Part shown: positions 44,489 through 53,938 of the stretch, piece after piece | How positions within the stretch are numbered: position 1 is the first letter of the stretch | How the letters are laid out: every line of letters starts with the position of its first letter | NCBI GenBank assembly: GCA_965661765.1 | Contig: CBFIFE010000008.1 | Span: 5,737 to 69,736 of the forward strand | From: an uncultured Flavobacteriales bacterium | GTDB taxonomy: Bacteria; Bacteroidota; Bacteroidia; Flavobacteriales_D; Sanyastnellaceae | DNA: 64,000 nt | Direction of reading: 5' to 3' | The notes under the pieces: generated by a model | Seen by the model: only the letters and a program-made list of their open reading frames with translations | The model's database searches: none | Told to the model about the DNA's origin: nothing | Program-made: the position numbers and the translations under genes

Positions 44489-45325
44489 TCAACGGCCAGT
44501 GATGCCCTCGCACTCCAACAGAATGCGAGCCACTTGGTTGGGCGGCAAGTGCAAAAGCCCCAACACCTCGGCGTTGAGGTCGCGGCAGAGAACGATGCCT
44601 TCCTCGAGCAGGGTTTTCTTGTCTCTGCGATTCAAACTTGTGAGGCACGTCAGCGGATGAAGCCCGCTTCCATCAATTCGGGCCTTCAGCGATCCGTCCG
44701 CAGGCGAGTCCCAGTCCACAAGGTGCAAGCCCACGCAATTGCCGTAGTCTCTGGCGTCCTGAGAGAAACGCGTGTTGGTGAAAATCCAGCCCTCGATGTC
44801 CCCGGCACGTTCCGGCGTCGCTTGGCGAATGTCTCGGAACCGGGAATCGATGTACAGCGGCACCTGAATCGTACTCTTGCGACTGGGGTCCCGGTGGAAT
44901 TTGCACTCCATGAGGCGCGTGGTTTGGCCTTTCGTGGCCAAAACATCGACTTCGTGCGATACACATGCCCCGTCGAGGATGACCCCCACTTCCACATCAT
45001 ACCCCTGGTGTGCGAACAGTTCACCGATGAAATGCTCGAAAGGAAAGCCGGAGGGGCCCAAATCGAAAATGGCTCGCTTCAAGCGGTACCTGCCAGCGCT
45101 GTGCGGGGCGCGCTGACGAAGTTTTCGGAAGGCGATGTTGTAGATCTTGCCCGAGGTCATGTTCCGGGGATCCGCGGCTGCAATCTCTGCAAGCACCTCG
45201 TCGATGACCGATTCGCCCGCCCCCGTTCTTTCCAGCGACAACCTCAGTTTCTCGGGGTTGAAAGTCTGGGTCTCGCCGTTGGATTTTTGGATGTCGAAGG
45301 ACAATGGGGCATTGGATGTGGGCAT
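44489..45325 (-). CDS. ATP-cone domain fused to a PD-(D/E)xK (Mrr-like) nuclease-fold domain
   Basis: N-terminal ATP-cone-like FNPEKLRLSLERTGAGESVIDEVLAEI. Nuclease core FEHFIGELFAHQGYDV...HEVDVLATKGQTTRLMECKFH (D...ExK). Confidence 0.75.
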   Translation of the reverse strand: MPTSNAPLSFDIQKSNGETQTFNPEKLRLSLERTGAGESVIDEVLAEIAAADPRNMTSGKIYNIAFRKLRQRAPHSAGRYRLKRAIFDLGPSGFPFEHFIGELFAHQGYDVEVGVILDGACVSHEVDVLATKGQTTRLMECKFHRDPSRKSTIQVPLYIDSRFRDIRQATPERAGDIEGWIFTNTRFSQDARDYGNCVGLHLVDWDSPADGSLKARIDGSGLHPLTCLTSLNRRDKKTLLEEGIVLCRDLNAEVLGLLHLPPNQVARILLECEGITGR

Positions 45326-45351
45326 GCGGCAAATGAACTAATTTTGACCGG

Positions 45352-48300
45352 ATGTTGAAGTCCAAGTCACGCCTTTTTTGGGTGGCCACATGCATGATGT
45401 TGGTGCCCGTGGCGCGGATTGCATTTGTCTTGAGCACCGGGCCCGGAGATTCTGGCGAACAGCCCCTGCTGTATCAACTTTTTCCTGAGCGTGTGTTTGA
45501 CGTTGAGGTGTCGTTGTCGCTGGCAGATGCAGACGGTGAAAGCACCATGCGAATGTATGTTCCGGTGGGGGATGAGCGCCAGGAAGTGCTGGTCGAAGGA
45601 ACGCTTGAGGGGCCTGGGCCTGCAGAATTGACAAATGAACCATCGGGTCGTTTGGCGACCTGGAAAGGAAGTTCCTTTTCAGACCCTTCCAAGGTCATGA
45701 TGGTGCGGCACGGTTACCGGGTGCGCCTTCGCGCTTTGCGCGTGAATTTGGACAGTTTGCCAGATGAAATGGCGCGCGTTCGACCGACACATGAAGTGCA
45801 TTTGGCCAGTACAGCGGACATTCAAACCTCGGCACCGGACATCGCCGACAGATTGCGGGCCATCGGCGCCCTCGCAGACACCCTATCGGTTTTGGAGAAG
45901 GTTCGTCGGGTGTATGACGATGTTTTGGCCCTGCGTCGGGCGCCCTTCAAAGGCACAACAGATGCGCTGACCGCCCTGCGATTGCAAGAGGCCTCCTGCA
46001 ACGGGCGCAGCCGCTTGATGGTCGCCATGCTCAGGACCCTCGGCATTCCGTCGCGCCTTGTGGGGGGCATCATTCTGGAGAACGGAACCAAGCGAACCAG
46101 CCACCAATGGCTCGAGGCCCATCTGGGCGGGATTTGGGTCCCTTTTGACGCCCTCAATGATCACTTCGCCGCTTTGCCCGACCGCTACCTGAAGCTCTAT
46201 ACGGGGGATGAGCCCTTGTTTCGGCATGCCATCGGTCTGCCCTTTGATTACAGTTTTTCTGTGACCTCCCGTCTGGTGATGCCAGCCGAAGGGTTGCGGG
46301 CTCATCAGGTCTGGCGTGCTTTCGATGCTGCCGGCATTCCGGTCTCCCTGTTGCAGTTTTTGCTCCTGATGCCCATTGGCGCGGTGGTTGTCGCCTTGAT
46401 GCGAAATGTGGTCGGCGCAAAGACCTTCGGGTTGTTTTTGCCTGCTTTGCTCGCCGTTTCGATGCGAGAGACTGGCTTCTTGATTGGCTCTGTCGCATTT
46501 GTCTCTGTGATAGGCCTGGTCGCTTTGTTGCACCCTTTGCTCGAGCGTTGGCGGCTGATGTACACCCCGAGGCTGGTCATTTTGCTCATTGCTGTGGTGA
46601 GTTTGTTCCTGGGCATCAGTGCTTTGGGCGTTTTTTTGGGCCAAACCCAGTTCGCCTACATCACCCTCTTTCCGATTGTGATTGTCGCCATCACCGCCGA
46701 GCGGTTGGCACGGAAGTGGGAGGAGTGGGGGGGGCGTGCGGCCCTGGCCACTGCAGCCCAAACCTTGCTTGTCGTTGGCCTCGCCTACCTCACCATGGGG
46801 TCATTGACGTTGGAGACAGCACTGCTGGCGTTTCCTGAGTTGTTTTTGGTGCTGGTGGGTGCGATGCTGTTGCTGGGCCGGTGGACCGGTGTCCGGGTTT
46901 CAGAGCTCTGGCGATTTCGCAGGGTCGGGAGGTCCGCCTTGGGGATGAACGCGAGAAATGTCCATGGGGTATTTGCCGCCAATTCCCCGCAGGCCATCGC
47001 CGTGGCGAATGACAAAATCGCCACGAAGACCTTGCTCGCGGAGGCTGGGATTCCCGTGTCTCCTCAACGCGGGGTGTTCGACTCGGTGATGTCGCTTTCG
47101 GGCCTTCGGGCGGTTTTGGACCGGCCAGTTGCGCTGAAACCAGCTGCGGGGCGAGGGGGAGGGGGCATTTTGTTGATTCAGCCCAGTCCGACCGGAGGAT
47201 TCGAGAACATCCATGGCGAACCGTTGCCATGGGATTTGGTCTTGCAGCATGCCACGGAAATCATTCACGGCCGGTTTTCTTTCGGGGATGAGGACACCCT
47301 GTTGGTGGAAGACATGCTTGTGCCCGACCCCGCGATCGCTGCCTTGCATGGCAAAGGCGTTGCCGATTTCCGTTTCATCTTCGAACAGGGGCGTCTGCTG
47401 ATGGCGATGCTCCGGTTGCCCACGAAGGCGTCGGATGGCAAGGCGAATTTGCATGCCGGTGGGGTGGGGGTTGCAGTGGATTTGGCGACCGGTGTATTGG
47501 GAGAGGTGGTGGGCCAGGATGGGGTTTCACCGGTGCATCCGGATGGGGCCCGGGTGCAAGGGAAAACGGTGCCACGTTGGGCGGATCTCCTCGGTGTGGC
47601 GGAGCGAGCGGCGGCCTTTTCGCCGCTTGGGTTCGTCGGGGTTGACCTCGTCTTGGACCAGCATCTGGGCCCCGTGGTGCTCGAGTGGAATGCCCGGCCG
47701 GGCTTAGAGATCCAGAACGTGCACGCTCAACCGTTGCCCCTGGCAGCTGGCCGCGCTGACCGTTTCCCGATGCCTTGGGGCATTGTGGCGTTGGGGCTGC
47801 TGTTGGCGATGGGTTTGGTGCTCTCAGACCAAATCCTGCTCAACCGATGGGCAGCCGCAGAAACCGAGACTTGGATCGCAGGCAATGCCCAATCCCAACC
47901 GAGTTTGTGGCAATGGGACGAGGAAGTCGATGGGAATGAGGAGGACGCAAGCGGTGCCTCATCCAGCGGGGATCCTTTGGTCCCTTCGGCTGAGGCAGAG
48001 GCAGCGGCTTCGATGGTGGCGCTGGCCGAGTCTGCCGAAGCGCGCGGGGATTGGTTGAAGGCGGAAGCCATTTGGCGTCAAATCGCCACCCGATCGACAA
48101 ATCCTCGGGCATGGATGGGGGTGGGCAAGTCGTGTCTTCGCCAAGAAGAATGGTCCAAGGCCTTGGCGGCCTACGATGCGGCATTGGCCATGGACAGTTT
48201 GCGGCATGGGGCATGGGTCAATGGGGGCATTGCCTTGAGCCAAATGCAGCGGCACGCTTCTGCCGCCGAGCGATACAGAAAGGCCCAACGTGTGGCCCCA

Positions 48301-50070
48301 GAGCGCATGAGCGCCTGGTTGAATGAGGGGATTGCTTGGCTTCGCGCCGGGGAGCCGGATCGCGCGCTTCCGCCGCTGGTGCATGCCGCCGATCGAACGA
48401 CTGGTGCTTTGAGGGCGAAGGTGTTGACGTATTTGGCGCAAGCCCAAACCGCCCGCAACGAGACCCAAGCCGCTCGAGCGAATTTTTCGGAAGCCATCAG
48501 TTTGAATCCCCGCACGGAACTCGCGCGCCTCGGTCTGGCCATGCTCGCCCCCAATCCTGAGGAGCAGCGACGCCTGATCGAGCAAGTGCTGCGTTTGAAC
48601 CCCACGTCGGCCATTGCCCATTTCCGGATGGCCGAAGCAGAATTTGCTGCTGGAAGGCGCTCCGAGGCGGAATTCCATTTTGAGCGGGCGCTGGATTTGG
48701 ATGCGAGCAACGCGGACTTCAAGCGGGGCCTTGTCACCTTCTACTTGTCAGAGCGCCGCTGGGCGGAGGCAGAGGCCTTGGTCCGCAGCGATCGAGCGAC
48801 AGATGCCGCCGATGCGTTCATCGCTGGCAGGATTGCCGCGGAGCGCGAGGCCTGGGAGGTAGCCGTGGCAGAATACGACACTGCGTTGGCGGCTTCCCAC
48901 AACGAAATGGCCGAGGCTTGGCTCAACCGGGGTGTCGCCTTGCGTCGCCTGGATCGCCTCGAGGACGCGCTGGCCTCCTACCGCTGGGCCGCATCCAAGC
49001 GAGAGCGTTACCCCGAAGCTTGGTACAACATGGCCTTGTCTTTTGCGGAGCTTGGGCAGTCCGATTCGGCGATTTTCGCGTACCGGCGTTGTTTGGATTT
49101 GGATTCGACAAAGGCGAATGCCCATTACAATCTGGGAATTTTGTTGGGCCAAACCGGGGACGCCCCAGCCGCCATCGCTGCATGGAAACAAGCCGTTTCA
49201 TTGGATCCGGCCATGCGCAAGGCGTGGTTCAACATCGGGGTGAACCTTCGGCAGCTGGGCGACAATCTCGGGGCCGTTCAGGCCTACGATTCCCTGCTGG
49301 CGCGCTTCCCGAACGATGAACGTGCCTGGTTCAACCGTGGCATTGCCCTGCGCGCGGAAGGCCGTGACAGCGAAGCCAAGGCCAGTTATCGGGCGGCGCT
49401 TGACGCGGACCCAGGTTACATCGCTGCATGGATCAACCTCGGCAGTTTGCAAGCGGATGCCGGAGACTATGCCGCCGCTGCATTCTCGTTCCAAGAGGCT
49501 GTGGAGCGGTCGCCGGGTCATGCCGAGGCCCGCTTCAACCTCGGATTGCAGTTGCGTCGTCTCGATCGGCAAGACGAAGCGGTCCTCGCCTTCGAACAGT
49601 CTGCTCAACTCGACCTGAACTTCCGCCGGCCCCGAGAGCAACTGCTCGAATTGTATGAAGTGATGGGGGCGGCCGACGATCGGCTGCGCATCGCGGACGA
49701 GCTGTTGACGAGGGCAGAAGTGGAAACTTGGGGGGGCGATTCGATTTATGAATACGCCCGGGAATTGCACCGCGCTGACCTTCAGAACCAAGCCATCCCG
49801 CGTTACGAGCTTTCAGTCAGCAATGGCAAAACGGGTGAATGGCCGTTGTACTGGCGCGCCAAGGCATTCGAGGAGCTCGGCGCAACAGCCGATGCCATCG
49901 CGGGTTACGACGATGTCCTGGACAGGGACCCTTCCTTCAAGTTTGCGTTGTACCGTTCGTCCATGCTGCTCGCGGTCACTGGAGATCGCAACGAAGCTGT
50001 CGCGCGCTGGGCCGAATTGGAGAACTTGCACCCTGAATTTGCGAAAGAAAAATGGTCCGACAAACCTTGA
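45352..50070 (+). CDS. Fusion protein: transglutaminase-like core + 7-TM module + RimK-related ATP-grasp ligase + TM + long TPR array
   Basis: QEASCNGRSRLMVAMLRTLGIPSRLVGG / SHQWLEAHLGG / WVPFD (C216, H251, D266). Seven hydrophobic helices at aa about 320-512. LGMNARNVHGVF..NDKIATKTLL, KANLHAGGVG, GVDLVLD..LEWNARPGLEIQN. TPR consensus repeats (W.N.G.AL...G....A...Y..AL.LDP) from aa about 885 to the end. Confidence 0.85.
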   Translation: MLKSKSRLFWVATCMMLVPVARIAFVLSTGPGDSGEQPLLYQLFPERVFDVEVSLSLADADGESTMRMYVPVGDERQEVLVEGTLEGPGPAELTNEPSGRLATWKGSSFSDPSKVMMVRHGYRVRLRALRVNLDSLPDEMARVRPTHEVHLASTADIQTSAPDIADRLRAIGALADTLSVLEKVRRVYDDVLALRRAPFKGTTDALTALRLQEASCNGRSRLMVAMLRTLGIPSRLVGGIILENGTKRTSHQWLEAHLGGIWVPFDALNDHFAALPDRYLKLYTGDEPLFRHAIGLPFDYSFSVTSRLVMPAEGLRAHQVWRAFDAAGIPVSLLQFLLLMPIGAVVVALMRNVVGAKTFGLFLPALLAVSMRETGFLIGSVAFVSVIGLVALLHPLLERWRLMYTPRLVILLIAVVSLFLGISALGVFLGQTQFAYITLFPIVIVAITAERLARKWEEWGGRAALATAAQTLLVVGLAYLTMGSLTLETALLAFPELFLVLVGAMLLLGRWTGVRVSELWRFRRVGRSALGMNARNVHGVFAANSPQAIAVANDKIATKTLLAEAGIPVSPQRGVFDSVMSLSGLRAVLDRPVALKPAAGRGGGGILLIQPSPTGGFENIHGEPLPWDLVLQHATEIIHGRFSFGDEDTLLVEDMLVPDPAIAALHGKGVADFRFIFEQGRLLMAMLRLPTKASDGKANLHAGGVGVAVDLATGVLGEVVGQDGVSPVHPDGARVQGKTVPRWADLLGVAERAAAFSPLGFVGVDLVLDQHLGPVVLEWNARPGLEIQNVHAQPLPLAAGRADRFPMPWGIVALGLLLAMGLVLSDQILLNRWAAAETETWIAGNAQSQPSLWQWDEEVDGNEEDASGASSSGDPLVPSAEAEAAASMVALAESAEARGDWLKAEAIWRQIATRSTNPRAWMGVGKSCLRQEEWSKALAAYDAALAMDSLRHGAWVNGGIALSQMQRHASAAERYRKAQRVAPERMSAWLNEGIAWLRAGEPDRALPPLVHAADRTTGALRAKVLTYLAQAQTARNETQAARANFSEAISLNPRTELARLGLAMLAPNPEEQRRLIEQVLRLNPTSAIAHFRMAEAEFAAGRRSEAEFHFERALDLDASNADFKRGLVTFYLSERRWAEAEALVRSDRATDAADAFIAGRIAAEREAWEVAVAEYDTALAASHNEMAEAWLNRGVALRRLDRLEDALASYRWAASKRERYPEAWYNMALSFAELGQSDSAIFAYRRCLDLDSTKANAHYNLGILLGQTGDAPAAIAAWKQAVSLDPAMRKAWFNIGVNLRQLGDNLGAVQAYDSLLARFPNDERAWFNRGIALRAEGRDSEAKASYRAALDADPGYIAAWINLGSLQADAGDYAAAAFSFQEAVERSPGHAEARFNLGLQLRRLDRQDEAVLAFEQSAQLDLNFRRPREQLLELYEVMGAADDRLRIADELLTRAEVETWGGDSIYEYARELHRADLQNQAIPRYELSVSNGKTGEWPLYWRAKAFEELGATADAIAGYDDVLDRDPSFKFALYRSSMLLAVTGDRNEAVARWAELENLHPEFAKEKWSDKP

Positions 50071-51317
50071 ACTTCCTGAACCACCTGGCCGTCTTTTGCT
50101 TGTGCGGGTTGTGGATGGCGCCAGCCTTGGGCCAAACCTGGGATCGCGACATTGAAATCGGTGCCCTCGGCGGGGTCGAATGGAATGTGTTTCATTCCCC
50201 GGAAACCTATGTCACAAATGACGGAACGGTGTTCCCTACAGATTCCATTGTTTTGCACGATCAGCTCACCCTGTTCGACATTGAAGTGGATTTCGACCGG
50301 GAAGATGACAACGGGGAATGGTACATTCAAGCGGATGCCGGGGCCTCTCGTTACGCCACGCTGTCATCGGCAAACCGCCGTTCCATCGATTTTCGGGTGG
50401 GACGTGAACAGACCTTGAATCGCCAAATGACAGCTTCTGCAGAAGCCCGTCTTCGGGACGAGAAGCGACTCGGAATCAACATCTTGGGCGACGAATTGCT
50501 GACATCTTTCAGTTTCACCCAGGCGCAGCTGGAAGGGGCCCTGGAGGTGGAGGCCCGCGACAACCTCGCGTTGGACCTCGAAGTGGAAGTGTTTCGAAAA
50601 TGGTTTGACCAGCGGGTGACGGGGGTGTCTTTGGACCAAACCGAATGGTCCATCTCCCTCGAGTCCTCCTGGGTGCCCAAGCGCCGGCGGCGGGGATTGC
50701 TGAATTTGGACCTCGTGGGCGAAAAGCGCATCGACGAATCGGGCGAGCTCACCACCGAACTCAGTTACAGGCAAAAAAACTATGCGAACTGGGTCAATTT
50801 CGACATCCTCGATCCCGCGCGCGACCCGCTGGCCCCGACGCCCTTTCTGCCTTTCGATTCGCTCTACGCCCACCCTTTGCGGCAGTGGACCTATGCCACG
50901 TTGACGGTGCGCTACGAATGGCCTGAATGGCGCGGCTGGTCGCTGCGGGTGGACGCCAGAACGCAACGAAGGAATGACCTGAGTTTTGGCGACTTCGGTT
51001 ACGTCGACGCGAAATCCGCTCTGCGGTTGGCCCATGAAGGGAAGGACTTGGAATTGGCAGGGTCTCTCTCTTATACCTGGCGAGAGTACACGGATCGACT
51101 CGCTGAGCAGCAGTCCCCTGCGCCTTTCCCATTGCTCAAGTACAACTACATCCGCCTCGACCTGTCTGCAGAATACCGGCTCAAGAAGGGGCTTCTGCTC
51201 CTGGCAATGGCGGACTTCACCCAACGGACCTCCAACACCACAGCCATCGACCGGCGCACCCGGCGAGAATACGCCACAGCAACGGTTCTGGTGGGGCTGA
51301 GCGCCGAATTCAATTGA
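50052..51317 (+). CDS. Hypothetical putative outer-membrane beta-barrel protein
   Basis: Signal LAVFCLCGLWMAPALGQ. Alternating amphipathic strands. C-terminal ...ATVLVGLSAEFN, with an aromatic residue at the penultimate position (terminal residue is Asn). Overlaps the preceding giant ORF by 19 nt. Confidence 0.55.
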   Translation: MVRQTLNFLNHLAVFCLCGLWMAPALGQTWDRDIEIGALGGVEWNVFHSPETYVTNDGTVFPTDSIVLHDQLTLFDIEVDFDREDDNGEWYIQADAGASRYATLSSANRRSIDFRVGREQTLNRQMTASAEARLRDEKRLGINILGDELLTSFSFTQAQLEGALEVEARDNLALDLEVEVFRKWFDQRVTGVSLDQTEWSISLESSWVPKRRRRGLLNLDLVGEKRIDESGELTTELSYRQKNYANWVNFDILDPARDPLAPTPFLPFDSLYAHPLRQWTYATLTVRYEWPEWRGWSLRVDARTQRRNDLSFGDFGYVDAKSALRLAHEGKDLELAGSLSYTWREYTDRLAEQQSPAPFPLLKYNYIRLDLSAEYRLKKGLLLLAMADFTQRTSNTTAIDRRTRREYATATVLVGLSAEFN

Positions 51318-51332
51318 CGTAGATTCGCGACC

Positions 51333-52592
51333 ATGGGAATTTTTCTGAGCCTTTTCGGCATGGCCGTCCTGATCGGGGGCGGCTGGTTGCTTTCATCTGA
51401 CCGGAAATCCATCGTTTGGCGCACCGTTCTCGGTGCCTTCGCCATCCAATTCGCCTTTGGGGCCTTCGTGCTGTACGTGCCTTGGGGCAAGCGGGTGTTG
51501 CAGACAATGTCTGATGCTGTCAACCGTGTGGTGCAATATGGACAGGATGGCATTGACTTCATGTTTGGTGCACTGGCTTCAGACCAAATGGGCCAGGTCT
51601 TCTCCGGTGGCGGCTTCGTCTTTGCTTTTCAGGTTCTGCCCATCATCATCTTTTTTTCCGCCCTCATTTCCGTCCTCTACTACATCGGCGTGATGCAGTG
51701 GGTCATTCAAATCCTCGGCGGCGGGCTGCGCATGCTCCTGGGCACCTCACGAGCGGAATCGATGTCTGCGACGGCCAACATTTTTGTCGGTCAGACCGAG
51801 GCACCACTTGTGGTGAAGCCGTTCATCGCTGGGATGACCAAATCTGAGCTCTTCGCCATCATGGTCGGTGGCCTGGCATCGGTCGCGGGGTCGGTCCTGG
51901 TCGGTTACGCCTCTCTCGGGGTCCCCGTGCCTTACCTGATTGCTGCCTCTTTCATGGCGGCCCCGGGCGGCCTCCTTTTCGCCAAGCTCATCAAGCCCGA
52001 AGTCGAAACACCCCGTGAGGACCTCACCTTGACCAGCGATGAAGCGGACGACGAGGCACCGGTCAATGTCATTGACGCCGCTGCGAAGGGCGCGGCATCT
52101 GGTGTTCAGCTGGCCTTCAATGTCGGTGCAATGCTTTTGGCCTTCGTCGGCATCATCGCCTTGATGAATGGAATGATTGGCGGAATCGGCGGTTGGTTCG
52201 GGCAGGACAATTGGTCCCTCGAAGGCGGACTGGGCTATCTGTTCGCTCCGGTGGCCTTCCTCATCGGCGTGCCTTGGTCAGAGGCCACCATTGCGGGCTC
52301 CTTCATCGGCCAGAAGTTCATCGTCAATGAGTTCGTGGCCTACCTGAATTTCTCACCTTATCTCGCTGAAGACGCTTCGGTCGTGTTGTCGGAAAAAACG
52401 AAGGCCATCATTTCGTTCGCCCTTTGCGGCTTTGCAAACCTTTCCTCCATCGCCATCCTCCTTGGGGGCATCGGTTCTTTGGCCCCTTCTCGCAGAAGTG
52501 AAATCGCCCGTTTCGGCATGCTCGCTGTGGTCGCTGCCACCCTCTCCAACCTCATGTCGGCGACCATCGCCGGTTTCTTTCTCAGCTTATGA
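51333..52592 (+). CDS. nupC: NupC/NupG-family concentrative nucleoside transporter
   Basis: 419 aa, multi-TM, with typical CNT blocks ([48 protein letters not shown]). Confidence 0.9.
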   Translation: MGIFLSLFGMAVLIGGGWLLSSDRKSIVWRTVLGAFAIQFAFGAFVLYVPWGKRVLQTMSDAVNRVVQYGQDGIDFMFGALASDQMGQVFSGGGFVFAFQVLPIIIFFSALISVLYYIGVMQWVIQILGGGLRMLLGTSRAESMSATANIFVGQTEAPLVVKPFIAGMTKSELFAIMVGGLASVAGSVLVGYASLGVPVPYLIAASFMAAPGGLLFAKLIKPEVETPREDLTLTSDEADDEAPVNVIDAAAKGAASGVQLAFNVGAMLLAFVGIIALMNGMIGGIGGWFGQDNWSLEGGLGYLFAPVAFLIGVPWSEATIAGSFIGQKFIVNEFVAYLNFSPYLAEDASVVLSEKTKAIISFALCGFANLSSIAILLGGIGSLAPSRRSEIARFGMLAVVAATLSNLMSATIAGFFLSL

Positions 52593-53875
52593 TGGCATCC
52601 TCCCGCAAGTTGCTTCCAGTGGAAGTCATTCGGCGCAAGCGCGATGGCCTCGTGCTCTCCGCCGAAGCCATCGGCCAATTCATCGATGGCGTGGTCTCCG
52701 GGGACGTCACCGACGCTCAAATCGCTGCCTTTTCGATGGCCACCTATTTTCAGGGACTCGACCCCACAGAGCGCACCGCCATCACGCGCGCCATGGCGCT
52801 GTCGGGCCGGTCGCTTCAATGGGACGCTGAGCGCCTCGGTGGTCCGGTGCTGGACAAGCACTCCACAGGCGGCGTGGGCGACGCGGTCTCCCTGATTCTC
52901 GCCCCCTTGCTCGCCGCCGTCGGCGGTTTCGTCCCCATGATTGCCGGTCGTGGCCTCGCGCACACGGGGGGCACCATTGACAAGTTGGAGGCCATCCCTG
53001 GCTACAATGTGGCGATTGATTTGGCATCTTTCCAAGCCATTGTTGCCCGGCATGGTTTCGCCATCTGCGGCCAAACCGCCGATCTCGCTCCCGCCGATGC
53101 CCGCATGTACGCCACCCGGGATGTCACTGCGACCGTCGAACAAAATGGCCTCATCACCGCCTCAATTCTCTCCAAAAAGCTCGCCGCGGGACTTGGGTTT
53201 TTGCTCATGGACATCAAGACGGGTTCTGGTGCCTTCATGCGAACGCGTGCTGAAGCTGAGTCGCTCGCTGAGGTCATCTGCGCGGTGGGCAACGCCGCTG
53301 GCATGAAGACCGAAGCGATGATCACGCCGATGGAGGAACCGCTGGCCGATTCGGCAGGCAATGCCTTGGAGGTCCGGGAGGCAGTCCAAATCTTGCGCGG
53401 CGAACGCACCGACGGCCCGCTTTTGGACGTGACGCTCTCCCTGGCCGAGCGGATGTGCCGGCAATCGGGACTGGACCCCGCGGCCCTTCAAGCGGCATTG
53501 ACCTCCGGTGCGGCACTGGAGCGGTTTGCCCGCGTTGTCCATGCCATGGGTGGTCCGTCCGACTTCGCTGACAATCTCGACGCCTACCTGCCTCAGGCCC
53601 CCATTGTTCGGGCTGTCCATGCGCCGGTGGGTGCCGAAGGCGTCGTCACAGGGATGGATACCCGAGAATTGGGCCTGGCGGTGGTGGATTTGGGAGGGGG
53701 CAGGAAGCGAACAGGTGACCCCATCGACACCCGCGTGGGCTGCCTTGATTGGGCACGGGCGGGTGATCCAACGAGCCGGCACCTGGCGGTGTTGCATGCC
53801 GCGGACGAAGCCAGTTTTGAACTCGCTGCCGCTCGCATTCAATCGGCCTACCGCTTCACCCCCTGGTCCCCCTAG
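52589..53875 (+). CDS. deoA: Thymidine (pyrimidine-nucleoside) phosphorylase
   Basis: [38 protein letters not shown] overlap with nupC. The stop TAG lies inside repeat array 3. Confidence 0.92.
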   Translation: MMASSRKLLPVEVIRRKRDGLVLSAEAIGQFIDGVVSGDVTDAQIAAFSMATYFQGLDPTERTAITRAMALSGRSLQWDAERLGGPVLDKHSTGGVGDAVSLILAPLLAAVGGFVPMIAGRGLAHTGGTIDKLEAIPGYNVAIDLASFQAIVARHGFAICGQTADLAPADARMYATRDVTATVEQNGLITASILSKKLAAGLGFLLMDIKTGSGAFMRTRAEAESLAEVICAVGNAAGMKTEAMITPMEEPLADSAGNALEVREAVQILRGERTDGPLLDVTLSLAERMCRQSGLDPAALQAALTSGAALERFARVVHAMGGPSDFADNLDAYLPQAPIVRAVHAPVGAEGVVTGMDTRELGLAVVDLGGGRKRTGDPIDTRVGCLDWARAGDPTSRHLAVLHAADEASFELAAARIQSAYRFTPWSP

Positions 53876-53938
53876 TTCCCTAGTCCCCCTAGTCTCCCTA
53901 GTATCCCTAGTCCCCCTAGTCCCCCTAGTCCCTCGTTC
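53861..53938. repeat. C3-tract/CTAG 8-9-nt tandem array 3 (9 units, 7 CTAG)
   Basis: CCCTGGTCC CCCTAGTT CCCTAGTCC CCCTAGTCT CCCTAGTAT CCCTAGTCC CCCTAGTCC CCCTAGTCC CTCGTTC, followed directly by the ATG at 53939. Confidence 0.9.
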
